A DNA stretch of 64,000 nt from an uncultured Chloroflexia bacterium. GTDB taxonomy: Bacteria > Chloroflexota > Anaerolineae > Caldilineales > Caldilineaceae. Position 1 is the stretch's first letter; the number at the start of each line of letters is the position of its first letter. A program made the translations under genes and the position numbers. The stretch is taken from positions 122,083-186,082 of the forward strand of contig CAVTKJ010000007.1 in assembly GCA_963735275.1 (NCBI GenBank), given 5' to 3'. Under the pieces are notes generated by a model, which did not search any database, had not been told where the DNA came from, and was given only the letters and a program-made list of their open reading frames with translations. Below, in pieces: positions 39,878 to 49,448 of the stretch.

Positions 39878-39966
39878 AGGCGTGGGTCGAGGCTGGATGC
39901 GCAGCGGTTTGTCAGCAAGGTGCGCTACAGCACCGAATCATCCCAATGTCAGACCGGCACGAGAAG

Positions 39967-40093
39967 AACATCTCAACCCAAAGCCGAAGAGAGAGCAAAG
40001 AAACGCAAAGGACTGCAACGAATCGACTCATTCCTGGCAGTTGCTTTTCCTTTGCGTTTCTTTGCGTCCTCCGCGACTTTGCGTTGAGATGTT
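39967..40093. repeat. Family A element, copy e (127 bp)
   Basis: AACATCTCAACCCAAAGCCGAAGAGAG...CCTCCGCGACTTTGCGTTGAGATGTT. Opposite orientation to copies c and d, judged from the asymmetric outer flanks. Confidence 0.9.
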
Positions 40094-40142
40094 CGCAGTA
40101 AATGTGGATGCCATACCGGTTTCAGTCTAGAAAGCCCGCTTT

Positions 40143-41615
40143 ATGTCCGACACCGACAAGCAGGGGCAACCAGCCAAACCGCAGACGCCGGACGGTGTCG
40201 ATTCGGTCAAGGCTGACCCCAAAGACGAAATCACCAACAGTGAGCACACGATCACCGTCAATGGGCGACAGATCGACTATACGGCCACTGCCGGGCGTGT
40301 GGTCATGCGCACGGAGGAGGGCAAGCCGCGCGCACAGATCTTCTTTGTCGCCTATACGCGGTCGGACGTGGGCAATGCCGCCGAGCGTCCAATCACCTTC
40401 TCCTTCAACGGCGGGCCGGGTTCCTCTTCTGTATGGATGCACCTGGGGCTGCTTGGCCCCCGGCGTGTGCTCTCGGGCGACGTCGACACGCCGCAGCCGC
40501 CTCCCTACCAGCTTGTGGACAACGAGTTCACGCTGCTGGAAGCCTCCGACCTTGTCTTCATCGATCCGGTGAGCACCGGCTTCAGCCGCGCCACCACGGG
40601 CGAAGATGCCACGCAGTTTCACGGCATTACGCAGGATGTGGAGTCCGTGGGCGACTTCATTCGCCTCTACGTGTCGCGCGCCAGGCGCTGGCGCTCGCCC
40701 AAGTATCTGATTGGCGAGTCCTACGGGACGACGCGCGCCGCGGGACTTTCGGGCTATCTGCAGGATCGACACGGCATGTTCCTCAATGGCATCATGCTCG
40801 TTTCAACGGCGCTCGATTTCATGGCGCTTGAGTTCGAGTTGGGCAATGATCTGCCCAACGTGCTTTATCTGCCCACGTATACGGCAACGGCCTGGTATCA
40901 CAAGCGCCTTGCGCCCGACCTGCAGGCGGACCTTGACAAGACTCTTGCCGAAGCCGAGGCCTTTGCCGAGGGTGAGTATGCGACTGCGCTGCTGCGCGGC
41001 AACAAGCTCTCCGCCGCCGAGCGAGCGGCATTGGCGCAGAAAGTGGCGCGCTACACCGGGCTCTCGCCCGAATTTGTGGAGCGATCCAACCTGCGCATCG
41101 AAATATTCCGCTTCTGCAAGGAATTGCTGCGCGACCAGCGGCGCACGGTCGGCCGTCTCGATAGCCGCTTTACCGGCATCGACCGCGATGGCACCGGTGC
41201 GGAGTTTGGTTACGATCCGGCCTATTCGTTCATCCAGGGAAGCTACACGGCCACGCTCAATGACTACGTGCGCAGAGAGCTGCGCTTCGAGAGCGACCTT
41301 CCCTACGAAGTGTTGGCAAGCCTCTACACCAGATGGGATTACAGCGCCTACCAGAATCGCTATGTCAACGTGGCCGAAACGCTGCGCGACGCAATGAGCA
41401 AGAATCCCCACCTGCGCGTCTATGTGGCGCAAGGCATCTACGATTTCGCCACGCCCTACTTTGCCAGCGAGCACACCTTCAACCATCTGGAACTTGATCC
41501 GAGCCTTGAGGGCAACATCGAGCGCCACCGCTTCGCCGCAGGGCACATGATGTACGTTCACGCCGACTCGCTTGCGGAGATGTATGGGCAGTTGGTGGCG
41601 TTTGTGGGGAAGTAG
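40143..41615 (+). CDS. Peptidase S10 (serine carboxypeptidase) family protein
   Basis: ORF 40143..41615. Motifs: ITFSFNGGPGSSSVWMHLG and the nucleophile block YLIGESYGTTRA. The C-terminal HMMY region is consistent with the catalytic His. Confidence 0.85.
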   Translation: MSDTDKQGQPAKPQTPDGVDSVKADPKDEITNSEHTITVNGRQIDYTATAGRVVMRTEEGKPRAQIFFVAYTRSDVGNAAERPITFSFNGGPGSSSVWMHLGLLGPRRVLSGDVDTPQPPPYQLVDNEFTLLEASDLVFIDPVSTGFSRATTGEDATQFHGITQDVESVGDFIRLYVSRARRWRSPKYLIGESYGTTRAAGLSGYLQDRHGMFLNGIMLVSTALDFMALEFELGNDLPNVLYLPTYTATAWYHKRLAPDLQADLDKTLAEAEAFAEGEYATALLRGNKLSAAERAALAQKVARYTGLSPEFVERSNLRIEIFRFCKELLRDQRRTVGRLDSRFTGIDRDGTGAEFGYDPAYSFIQGSYTATLNDYVRRELRFESDLPYEVLASLYTRWDYSAYQNRYVNVAETLRDAMSKNPHLRVYVAQGIYDFATPYFASEHTFNHLELDPSLEGNIERHRFAAGHMMYVHADSLAEMYGQLVAFVGK

Positions 41616-41617
41616 GT

Positions 41618-41647
41618 GGGTGATTTGTTGATCTGGGTGATTGGGTG
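41618..41647. repeat. Two degenerate units of the GGGTGATTNGTTGA 16-mer
   Basis: GGGTGATTTGTTGATC TGGGTGATTGGGTG starts 3 nt after the S10 stop codon. Confidence 0.8.
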
Positions 41648-41691
41648 CCACGTCTTGCAAGAGCATTGCGGTAACGTAGCGGCTGCTTCAG

Positions 41692-41734
41692 CTGCCGTCC
41701 TTGCCAATCGCACCGTATCCCGGGCCGACGGCAG
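41692..41734. repeat. Family D hairpin repeat, copy D1
   Basis: CTGCCGTC-CTTGCCAATCGCACCGTATCCCGGGCC-GACGGCAG. Differs from D2 at one position in the shared 43 nt. Confidence 0.85.
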
Positions 41735-41839
41735 TTGTTGAGCATTGTAGAAATAGTTGGGTATGCGCCGCGCCGCGATTGCCGCCATGGGCCAATGAAC
41801 ATTGTCGAGATCGTTCGGTACAGGCCCGCCGCGGCAACC

Positions 41840-41890
41840 GCCATAGGCTAAAGCCTACGGCTATCCAACCCAAGCCTGCTGAAGCAGGCT
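41840..41890 (-). repeat. Family E two-hairpin module, copy E2 (inverted orientation)
   Basis: The minus strand reads AGCCTGC-TTCA-GCAGGCT, linker TGGGTTGGATA, GCCGTAGGC-TTTA-GCCTATGGC. The single non-Watson-Crick position is G.T on this strand and A.C on the other. Confidence 0.85.
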
Positions 41891-41921
41891 GAACCCCTAT
41901 TTCTCTCGAGGCGACGGTGTC

Positions 41922-41972
41922 AGTCGGCTTCAGCCGACTTGGGTTGAATAGCTGCAGGCTTGAGCCTGCAGC
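41922..41972 (+). repeat. Family E two-hairpin module, copy E3
   Basis: AGTCGGC-TTCA-GCCGACT, linker TGGGTTGAATA, GCTGCAGGC-TTGA-GCCTGCAGC. It sits head-to-head with E2 around CTCGAG (41905-41910). Confidence 0.85.
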
Positions 41973-42021
41973 GGCGGCCGCGGCAAAGTGATTGTGCCGG
42001 ACTATACTGGAAACGCCGATC

Positions 42022-42068
42022 AGCTGCCGTCCTTGCCAATCGCACCGCATCCCGGGCCGACGGCAGCT
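42022..42068. repeat. Family D hairpin repeat, copy D2
   Basis: AGCTGCCGTC-CTTGCCAATCGCACCGCATCCCGGGCC-GACGGCAGCT (10-bp stem). Confidence 0.85.
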
Positions 42069-42099
42069 AAATGCTGCATCTCGCAAAAAACTCGCATTA

Positions 42100-42169
42100 C
42101 GTAGCGGGGGGCTTCCAGCCCTCCGACCTTTCGGCACAACTGCCGGAGGGCTGGAAGCCCCCCGCTACG
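42100..42169. repeat. Family C GC-rich palindrome, copy C2 (perfect 26-bp stem, 18-nt loop)
   Basis: CGTAGCGGGGGGCTTCCAGCCCTCCG (42100-42125) and its exact reverse complement (42144-42169). Confidence 0.9.
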
Positions 42170-42301
42170 ATTCATAGGCACACTTGCAAGACGCAGCACT
42201 AAAGCAGCCGCTACAAAACGCCGACGCACTTGCGAGATACAGCACATAGTGCTACTTCGTACCTCCTGTACACTTCACCTGCAGCAGCCCGGAGACGGTC
42301 C

Positions 42302-43676
42302 ATGGCATTCACAACGCCGACTGTACTGGCTATTCCACCATTGGCCGGCCTTGCCACATATGCCGACGCGGCGCGTCCCGGGTTAGGCGTCGAGGAGACG
42401 GTGAGGCGGCTGCTGCGCTACGCGTGGATGGAGAAGCGGCTCATGGAGGTTGGGCTCTTCTGGCTTGCGTCCACGCCCGAGTGGGAAGTGAAAGAGGCGC
42501 TGGGTCTGCACCTGCACCGCAGCGCCGAGCATGTGGCCATGCTGCGCAAGCGCATCGGCGAGATGCGCAGCCCCGTGCCGCGCATGGACATTTCGCCGGA
42601 TCCGGCCATCGACAGCCTGTTTGACGAAATGCTTGCCGCCGACAGCACGAGCGAGAAAATTGCCGGTCTCTATGGGCTGCTGCGCCCGGCGCTGCTTGAC
42701 GCCTACCGTGCGCATTTCGACGCCGCGCACCCTGTGGCCGACTCGCCCACGCGCCATCTGCTGCGCCACATTCTCGTTGACGAAGAGGACGCGGCGCTCT
42801 GGGGTGCGGCCGCCGTGCAGGCCGTGCGCGCCGCCGATGCTCCACGCGCCGACGCATTTGCCGAGCACCTGCGCGCGTGGATGGCTGCGGCAGGGGGCAT
42901 CCACGGCGAAGATGCCCGTCCCGAAAGACCGCCCGCGGCACGCGCGACAGAGTGCGTTCGTCCCCGATTTCTTCCCCGCGCGCGACGAGCGCTTTGCCCT
43001 GCGCTGGTGCTTCGTCAACCCGCAGCGGCAGGTTTCGCTCAATGAGACAATCCCTCTTGACGAGCGCACGCTTGCGCTCATGTGCCGCCGCATTGTGGAG
43101 ATGGACGTTCCCGAGTATATGACGCGCATCATCGCCCACGCCGCCGCCGAAGCGAACGAGCCATGGGAGTATTTCGTCGAGATGACGCGCCAGTTGTGGG
43201 ATGAGGTGCGCCACGCCATGCTGGGCACGGTCTACTTCGAGAGCCGCGGCGTGGACTGGAAGCGGCTGATCGCCATCCATCCGGGCATGGCCATTCGCCT
43301 GGGTGTGCTTTCGCCCGAGGATGCGCACACGGTACTTTACGCCATAGAGCAGAATCTGATGCCGGCGACGACGGGCAAGCGCCTCGAGTACGAGATCAGC
43401 CGCAACGCCAACGATCCGCTTGCTGCGCAGATTCAGGACTTTGACTGGGCCGACGAGGTGCTTCACGTGCACATTGGGCGGCAGTGGCTGCTGCCTCGGC
43501 TGAACCTGCGTGGCGACGCAGCGGTCAAGCGCGGCTGGGAGCTGCGTGCGACCACCGCCGGCACGCTTGATGCCTATGTTGCCAACGCCCCGCAGGAAAA
43601 CTGGTGGCCCGCCTTCGTGCGCGAGGTGCTGGACCACGAGACGGACATGGAGTCATTCGACCTCACGCGACTGTGA
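42302..43676 (+). CDS. Two-domain ferritin-like (diiron-carboxylate type, DUF455-like C-terminal half) protein; frame broken once near 42920
   Basis: ATG 42302 lies within ORF 42230..43045 (helical, EKRLMEVGLFW...LHLHRSAEHVAMLRKR). It continues in ORF 42531..43676 with LWDEVRHAMLG and DWADEVLHVHIGRQW, i.e. two DExxH metal-ligand-type motifs. The family call is from memory of the DUF455 consensus and is not verified. Confidence 0.55.
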
Positions 43677-43769
43677 CGGAGCTGCTGCGAAACAGCGACG
43701 CAGAGGCGCGGAGACGCAGTGGTACGCAGAGAAAAGCAGCGGCAAGTACTGCGCAGGGAGAGGATGACA

Positions 43770-44384
43770 ATGAGCAATCTGGACGTTGCGAAGAGTGACC
43801 AGATTCTTCGTGCCGCTTTTCGTTACCTCAACCGCTTCATGATCTTGCTATGGCGCTTGGGGCTTGGTTCGTGGCTGAACTTCTGGCCGGCAGTTCTGGG
43901 GCGCTACATGATTCTGGTGCATACGGGGCGCAATTCGGGCATCCGGCGACGGACACCCGTGAACTACGGCATGGTCAATGGCGAGGTCTACTGCGTCTCG
44001 GGCTTTGGTGCCGTGGCTGACTGGTATCGCAATCTGCTGGCGAAGCCCGAGCTCGAGGTATGGCTTCCCGACGGCTGGTGGACGGGCTCGGCCGAAGAAG
44101 TAACCGAACCGGCGGAGCGCCTGGCGCGCATGCGCGCGGCGCTGGTTGGGAGCGGATTTGCGGCCTACGCCGTGGGTATCGATCCGCACAACATGTCGGA
44201 TGCCGACCTGGAGCGCGCCACGCTGGAGTACCGGGTCCTTCGCATCACGCGTACGCAGGCCCGCACAGGGCCCGGCGGCCCAAATGACCTGGCGTGGGTG
44301 TGGCCGGCGGCAACGTTTCTGCTCGCTGCCATGGCGGCCGGATCAGCATGGCGCAAGAGAAGCGAGCGCAGGGACGGCGCATAG
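43770..44384 (+). CDS. DUF385 / deazaflavin-dependent nitroreductase-family protein with C-terminal TM tail
   Basis: ORF 43719..44384; ATG 43770 is 6 nt after GGGAGAGG. Motifs typical of the split beta-barrel DUF385 family: LVHTGRNSGIRRRTPVNY, VYCVSGFGAVADWYRNL. Confidence 0.65.
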   Translation: MSNLDVAKSDQILRAAFRYLNRFMILLWRLGLGSWLNFWPAVLGRYMILVHTGRNSGIRRRTPVNYGMVNGEVYCVSGFGAVADWYRNLLAKPELEVWLPDGWWTGSAEEVTEPAERLARMRAALVGSGFAAYAVGIDPHNMSDADLERATLEYRVLRITRTQARTGPGGPNDLAWVWPAATFLLAAMAAGSAWRKRSERRDGA

Positions 44385-44504
44385 TCGTGCGCCCGAAACC
44401 ACAGGCAATAGACGATATGACGCCAGGGTTGCCCCTGGCGCCGCTTTTTCAGTCGTTGCGCGCCGCAGCGCCTCTCCATTGTCCAACGTCCGCGTCTTCA
44501 AGTT

Positions 44505-45503
44505 TCAGGGATTCTCCGGGCGATTCCGCAGGTCCTCTTGTGCCCACGCATTCAACTTGGTAAACATATCCCGGAAAATGGGATCACGGTTCACATAGTA
44601 CGCACAGCGAATCTGATGACGCGCATGATCAAAACTCCATGTCAGCAACTGCTTTGCCCTGGTCTCAGGGTCATCAACGCGCACCGCGCCCGCACTTCGT
44701 TGCGTGATGATTGGACTGGACACGATATTGGACGGAACCCATGCAGGATTGATCAAATAGGCGACTGCCACGACATCCCATATCTCTTTTGACCACGCAA
44801 AGTGATCATCACTGTACTTCTTGAAGGTCTCGGCAAGATAGTCGCCAATTGCTCCCCGCCCTTGAACATACTGCTCAATCTCGGAGACCGTTGTTCTGAG
44901 GTGAGTAGTGACCCCTGCACAAGGGATCAGAACGAGGGGGACGCCACAATCCAGCACCAATCTCGACGCAAGTACATCCCCTGCCAGATTAAACTCAACC
45001 GTATGCGGCCAGTGCAGCGCGTGCCCACCCAGCCAAACGACAACCAACTTCTCGATGATTCTGGGCTCGATCAGGATTGCTGACGCAATGTTGGTTAGGG
45101 CGCCAATCGCAACAACATGAAGCGGTTCCTCCGAAGCCATGGCCCGACCGATAAGGTCAGTCACCGCATCGCTTTGATAGGGATGCTCGTAGTCCGTCAA
45201 GAACCCGTTTGATCCACGAAAAGCAAGGTCATCCGGCGGCACACCAAGCCTGTCCAGCAGGCGAAGGATCTCTTCATAGCTCAGGTCCATGCCGTGGCCG
45301 GGACCGGTTGAGCGATGATTGAAAAAAGGCGCGGCGTAGATTGCTTCGACCGACAGCCTCTCTGGCGAGAGCAGTGCATAGACGAGTGCAAACTGGTCAT
45401 CAATTTCATTATACGTATCCGTATCGATGACTATCCTGACTTTGCCGCCAGGCGGACGCAGCCTTTCCAGACGCGTGGAATCCAGAATTGTCGGCGGGAT
45501 CAT
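44505..45503 (-). CDS. Inosine/uridine-preferring nucleoside hydrolase family protein
   Basis: In-frame ATG 45503 within ORF 44505..45635. Motifs: VRIVIDTDTYNEIDDQFALVYAL (DxDxxxDD fingerprint), HVVAIGALTNIA. Confidence 0.85.
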   Translation of the reverse strand: MIPPTILDSTRLERLRPPGGKVRIVIDTDTYNEIDDQFALVYALLSPERLSVEAIYAAPFFNHRSTGPGHGMDLSYEEILRLLDRLGVPPDDLAFRGSNGFLTDYEHPYQSDAVTDLIGRAMASEEPLHVVAIGALTNIASAILIEPRIIEKLVVVWLGGHALHWPHTVEFNLAGDVLASRLVLDCGVPLVLIPCAGVTTHLRTTVSEIEQYVQGRGAIGDYLAETFKKYSDDHFAWSKEIWDVVAVAYLINPAWVPSNIVSSPIITQRSAGAVRVDDPETRAKQLLTWSFDHARHQIRCAYYVNRDPIFRDMFTKLNAWAQEDLRNRPENP

Positions 45504-45699
45504 GGTCAATACTCCGTCTCTGATGAAGGGCAACTTGAGGAGGTGCATTGGGAGCAAGGCGCTCCTCCAGGTTGGATGACAGTTCGACTGATCGGGCGAC
45601 CGAGGTGGCTTCCTGGATCGGCGGCCACTGGCCATTGGAACGTTCTGGTCCGGAGCACGCCTCGTCGCGCCCGTCGATCAGATCGCGTCAAGAAGCGTC

Positions 45700-46467
45700 C
45701 TAGCGCGGCCCCATACGCAGCGCACCGTCCAGGCGGATGACCTCGCCGTTGAGCATGGTATTCTCAATGATGTGCGCCACCAGCGCGGCATATTCTGCCG
45801 GTTCGCCCAGGCGTGCGGGGAAGGGAACCTGCTGGCCCAGCGACTGGCGCGCCGCTTCGGGCAGGCCGCCGAGCAGCGGCGTGTCGAAGATGCCCGGTGC
45901 AATCGTCATCACACGAATGCCCAACTGCGCGAACTCGCGCGCCAGCGGCAGCGTGAGGGCAACGATTCCCCCTTTCGAGGCGGCATAGGCTGCCTGGCCG
46001 ATCTGGCCGTCAAACGCGGCAATTGAGGCCGTGTTGATGATTACGCCCCGCTCGCCGCCTGCATTGGGTGCATTCCGGGCCATGGCCTCTGCGGCAAGTC
46101 GGATGGCGTTGAACGCGCCGATCAGATTCACTTCGATCACCTGTGCGAATTTCTCGAGTGGATGTGGCCCCTCCTTGCCCAATGCGCGCCCGGCAATCGC
46201 AATGCCGGCGCAGTTGACAAGCCCGGTGAGTGGGCCAAAACGCCCAAACGCCGCATCTACGGCCCCCTGCACGTCGGCCGCGGAGGTGACATCCGTGCGC
46301 ACAAAGTGGGCCGCTGCGCCCAACTCGGCGGCAAGACGCTCGCTCGCTGCGGCGTTGACGTCTGCAATCAGCACGTTGCCGCCCCGCTCCACAAGCAGCG
46401 TGGCCGTTGCACCCCCCAACCCCGAACCGCCTCCTGTCACCAGGAACGTCCCGCCCCGAATCTCCAT
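45700..46467 (-). CDS. SDR-family 3-hydroxyacyl-CoA dehydrogenase-like oxidoreductase
   Basis: ORF 45700..46467. Motifs: [14 protein letters not shown] (TGxxxGxG), NCAGI, and catalytic S...YAASK ([23 protein letters not shown]). Confidence 0.9.
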   Translation of the reverse strand: MEIRGGTFLVTGGGSGLGGATATLLVERGGNVLIADVNAAASERLAAELGAAAHFVRTDVTSAADVQGAVDAAFGRFGPLTGLVNCAGIAIAGRALGKEGPHPLEKFAQVIEVNLIGAFNAIRLAAEAMARNAPNAGGERGVIINTASIAAFDGQIGQAAYAASKGGIVALTLPLAREFAQLGIRVMTIAPGIFDTPLLGGLPEAARQSLGQQVPFPARLGEPAEYAALVAHIIENTMLNGEVIRLDGALRMGPR

Positions 46468-46635
46468 GTTGCCCTCTTCTGTGCCAGGTCGCTGAAATCG
46501 CCCCCGTCATCATACCACCCACGAAAGTGGCCCACTACTCGATTTCCGCACGGCATGGCGCTCGGCAAACCGAACGCCGTGGAAACGATAAAGGTGTGTT
46601 GCAATTCGCGTTGTTGCACTACATTAATTTGGGTA

Positions 46636-46664
46636 TTGAATGTGCTTCCAAATGGTGCTATTAT
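46636..46664 (+). promoter_or_regulatory. Candidate sigma-70-type promoter (TTGAAT-17 nt-TATTAT)
   Basis: -35 TTGAAT at 46636-46641, an exact 17-nt spacer, then -10 TATTAT at 46659-46664. It lies about 100 nt upstream of the methyltransferase ATG in an AT-richer stretch. Confidence 0.35.
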
Positions 46665-46767
46665 CGCATTTGACGTTTTTGGGATAAGCATAGTTCAGGC
46701 GTTAAGCCGTAGTATGTCCAGGGCCTGCCCGCCGTCAGGCGGACGCCGCACTTCATCGCCGGCAGGA

Positions 46768-47748
46768 ATGGAACATTTTGTGACGCAAGAGACGCAGGTA
46801 TCGCACGCGTCCGGCGCTGCCCCCTCCACGACGGCGGGTTCGGTGCCGGTGATTGACTATGAAGGCAGTCGATACAAGACCGAGTTCTGGGCGGGTCAGG
46901 GGCGCGACTATGAGGACGCGGCCGAACGTCTGGCACTCGGTTCTTTGCTGCCGCCAAGCGGCAGGCGCATCGCCGAGATAGGCGCGGGCTTTGGCCGCCT
47001 GGCCGAACTGTATCGCGGCTATGATCAGATCGTCCTGATGGACTACAGTCGCACCCTTCTGCACGACGCCGTGCAGCGCTGGGGAAGTGACCCGCGCTTT
47101 GTCTTCGTGGCCGGCAATATCTACCAATTGCCGCTCGCAACGGGTGTGCTCGACAGCCTTGTGATGGTGCGCGTGATGCACCACCTGGCCGACGTGCCCG
47201 CCGCGCTCATGCAGTTGCGGCGCGTCGTACACAATCGCAGCATCGCGCTCCTGGAGTATGCGAACAAACGCAATCTGAAAGCGCTTGCGCGCTGGGCCGC
47301 ACGCAAGCAGAAGTGGTCGCCGCTGGATCAAACGCCCGTGGAGTTTGTCGAACTGAATTTCGACTTTCACCCTGCGTGGATGGACCAGCGGCTGCGCGAG
47401 GCCGGCTTTGTGGTGCGGCGGCAATATGCCGTCTCGCACTTCCGCATGGCTGCCATCAAACAACGCGTTGCAGCGCCCCAGTTGGCACAGATTGACGCAT
47501 TGCTCTTCAGGCCAGGGGGGCGCTATCCGCTGGCGCCCAGCGTCTTTGTCCAAGCGCAATCCCCGGGGTCGGGCACGGCGGCCTCCATCGGCACATCCCC
47601 CGAAGAGGTTGCGAGACTCTTCGCGTGCCCCGCGTGTGGCCACGAAACCATGGAACGGGTCGATGCCGATCGAGTGCGCTGTACTGCCTGTCATGCATCG
47701 TATGCCAGACAACAGCAAATCTGGGACTTCAAGGATAGGCTGGAATGA
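46768..47748 (+). CDS. Class I SAM-dependent methyltransferase with C-terminal Cys4 zinc-ribbon
   Basis: In-frame ATG 46768 within ORF 46162..47748; the upstream part of that ORF is antisense to the SDR gene. Motif I IAEIGAGFGRL, then LDSLVMVRVMHHL. C-terminal CPACGHE...RVRCTACH. Confidence 0.8.
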   Translation: MEHFVTQETQVSHASGAAPSTTAGSVPVIDYEGSRYKTEFWAGQGRDYEDAAERLALGSLLPPSGRRIAEIGAGFGRLAELYRGYDQIVLMDYSRTLLHDAVQRWGSDPRFVFVAGNIYQLPLATGVLDSLVMVRVMHHLADVPAALMQLRRVVHNRSIALLEYANKRNLKALARWAARKQKWSPLDQTPVEFVELNFDFHPAWMDQRLREAGFVVRRQYAVSHFRMAAIKQRVAAPQLAQIDALLFRPGGRYPLAPSVFVQAQSPGSGTAASIGTSPEEVARLFACPACGHETMERVDADRVRCTACHASYARQQQIWDFKDRLE

Positions 47749-48086
47749 TCGAAACGCCTGATCGCGCTGCTGTGCTCAGCGTGGCGCGGGGCTCACGTTG
47801 TGCGCATGCGACAGGCACTTTCGGACTGACACTTTGTCCGCCGGCAGGCCATCAACTGATGGCCGAAAGGGCATTAAGTTTGAAGTGTTGCGCGGCGCGT
47901 TTTGCGCCACGCCGAATGTTCATCCGCAGCCACGCAAATTGAGGGCCGCGGATCACGATTCATTTTAACTTTCGCAGACTTCGGGCAGTGGCTCTTCGCT
48001 GATTTCATTTTTGAGCCAGGCCATTTCGGATCGGCGAACGGTATTACCTTTACGACGGATATCTTTACGACGGGGGAGACAAACCA

Positions 48087-49379
48087 ATGGCCAAACAACA
48101 ACGATACAGCAGGCACGTGGAGCCTGAGTTTGAGGTCGACGAGGAAAAGGAGACCGAGAATCCTGCGACCACGCCTGTGCTGGACGTAACGGCTGAGGGG
48201 AACGAACCTGCCGCGTCGATTCTTGCACTGAGCCCAGAGGCAGCGCTGGAAAAACTGATCGAGATTGCACGCACGCAGGGTTTCGTTTCGACCGATGATG
48301 TGCTGGCCGTTATGCCCCAGGCCGAAAACAACATGGAGCAGTTGGAGGACCTTTTCGACACCCTCTTTCAGCAGGGGATTGAAGTAGGTCAAGCACGCGA
48401 TGAAGAGGAGCCGACTGATCTCTCGGAGGTTGAAGCCGAGCCCGTGGAAGAGGACACCTTTGACTTGAGCCAGATAGAGATTGACGACTCGATCAGTCTC
48501 TACCTCAAGGAGATTGGGCGGGTCCCGCTGCTGACGGCCGAAGAAGAGATTTCGCTTGCCAAGCGCATGGAGAAGGGGCGCGACGCCCGCAAGAATTTGC
48601 AGCAGGGCGTTGACGATTGGGACGAGCGCGAGCGCCTGCTTGGGCAGGTGCGCGACGGCCAGGCCGCGCAGGAGCATCTGATCAAGGCCAACAGCCGCCT
48701 TGTCGTCAGCGTGGCCAAGAAGTACGTAGGGCGCGGTGTACCTTTCCTGGACCTGATCCAGGAGGGCAATATCGGCCTGATTCGCGCCGTGAAGAAGTTC
48801 GACTACCGGCGCGGCTTCAAGTTCAGCACATACGCAACCTGGTGGATTCGCCAGGCCGTGACGCGCGCGATTGCCGACCAGGGGCGCACCATCCGCGTGC
48901 CGGTGCATATGTACGAGCAGATCAACCGCCTAACGCGCACGAGCCGCCAGCTTGTGCAGGAGTTTGGGCGCGACCCGACAACCGAGGAGATCGCCGACCG
49001 GCTGGATGTGTCGCCGCGCAAAGTCGAGCACATCATGCGCGTCAGCCAACGCCCGCTCAGCCTGGAGATGCCCGTGGGCGAAGAGGAAGACTCCTACCTG
49101 GGCGACTTCATTGAGGACGAGGATGCCGACGCGCCCAGCGAGGCCGCGGGCCAGCAGTTGCTGCGCGAGGTGATCGACGAGATCTTCCAGAGCCTGACGC
49201 CGCGCGAGGTACGCATTCTGCAGTTGCGCTTTGGGCTGGTGGACGGCTACTGCTACACCCTGGAAGAGGTGGGCAAGAAGTTCGGCGTCACGCGCGAGCG
49301 CATCCGCCAGATTGAGGCCCAGGCGCTGAGCCGCCTGCGCCACCCCAGCCGCAGCCGTAAACTGCGCGACTACTTGTAG
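48087..49379 (+). CDS. rpoD: Primary RNA polymerase sigma factor (sigma-70/SigA)
   Basis: ORF 48087..49379. Acidic N-terminus. Region 1.2 [16 protein letters not shown]. Region 2 [36 protein letters not shown]. Region 3 IRVPVHM. Region 4 [15 protein letters not shown]...[20 protein letters not shown]. Confidence 0.95.
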   Translation: MAKQQRYSRHVEPEFEVDEEKETENPATTPVLDVTAEGNEPAASILALSPEAALEKLIEIARTQGFVSTDDVLAVMPQAENNMEQLEDLFDTLFQQGIEVGQARDEEEPTDLSEVEAEPVEEDTFDLSQIEIDDSISLYLKEIGRVPLLTAEEEISLAKRMEKGRDARKNLQQGVDDWDERERLLGQVRDGQAAQEHLIKANSRLVVSVAKKYVGRGVPFLDLIQEGNIGLIRAVKKFDYRRGFKFSTYATWWIRQAVTRAIADQGRTIRVPVHMYEQINRLTRTSRQLVQEFGRDPTTEEIADRLDVSPRKVEHIMRVSQRPLSLEMPVGEEEDSYLGDFIEDEDADAPSEAAGQQLLREVIDEIFQSLTPREVRILQLRFGLVDGYCYTLEEVGKKFGVTRERIRQIEAQALSRLRHPSRSRKLRDYL

Positions 49380-49416
49380 GCGGCCACGACTCGTTTGAGG
49401 TTGCATATCCAGCCAG

Positions 49417-49448
49417 CAGGCCCTAGCAACAGTTACCGCTAGGGCCTG
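49417..49448. terminator. 11-bp-stem hairpin between the convergent rpoD and nuclease genes
   Basis: CAGGCCCTAGC (49417-49427), 10-nt loop, GCTAGGGCCTG (49438-49448). It overlaps the stop codon of ORF 49423..49947. No strong U-tract on either strand. Confidence 0.45.

Noticed and set aside
46162-46767. N-terminal 202-aa extension of the methyltransferase ORF
   Set aside because: This part overlaps the SDR gene in antisense and crosses an AT-rich promoter-like gap. The methyltransferase fold and a plausible start begin at ATG 46768.
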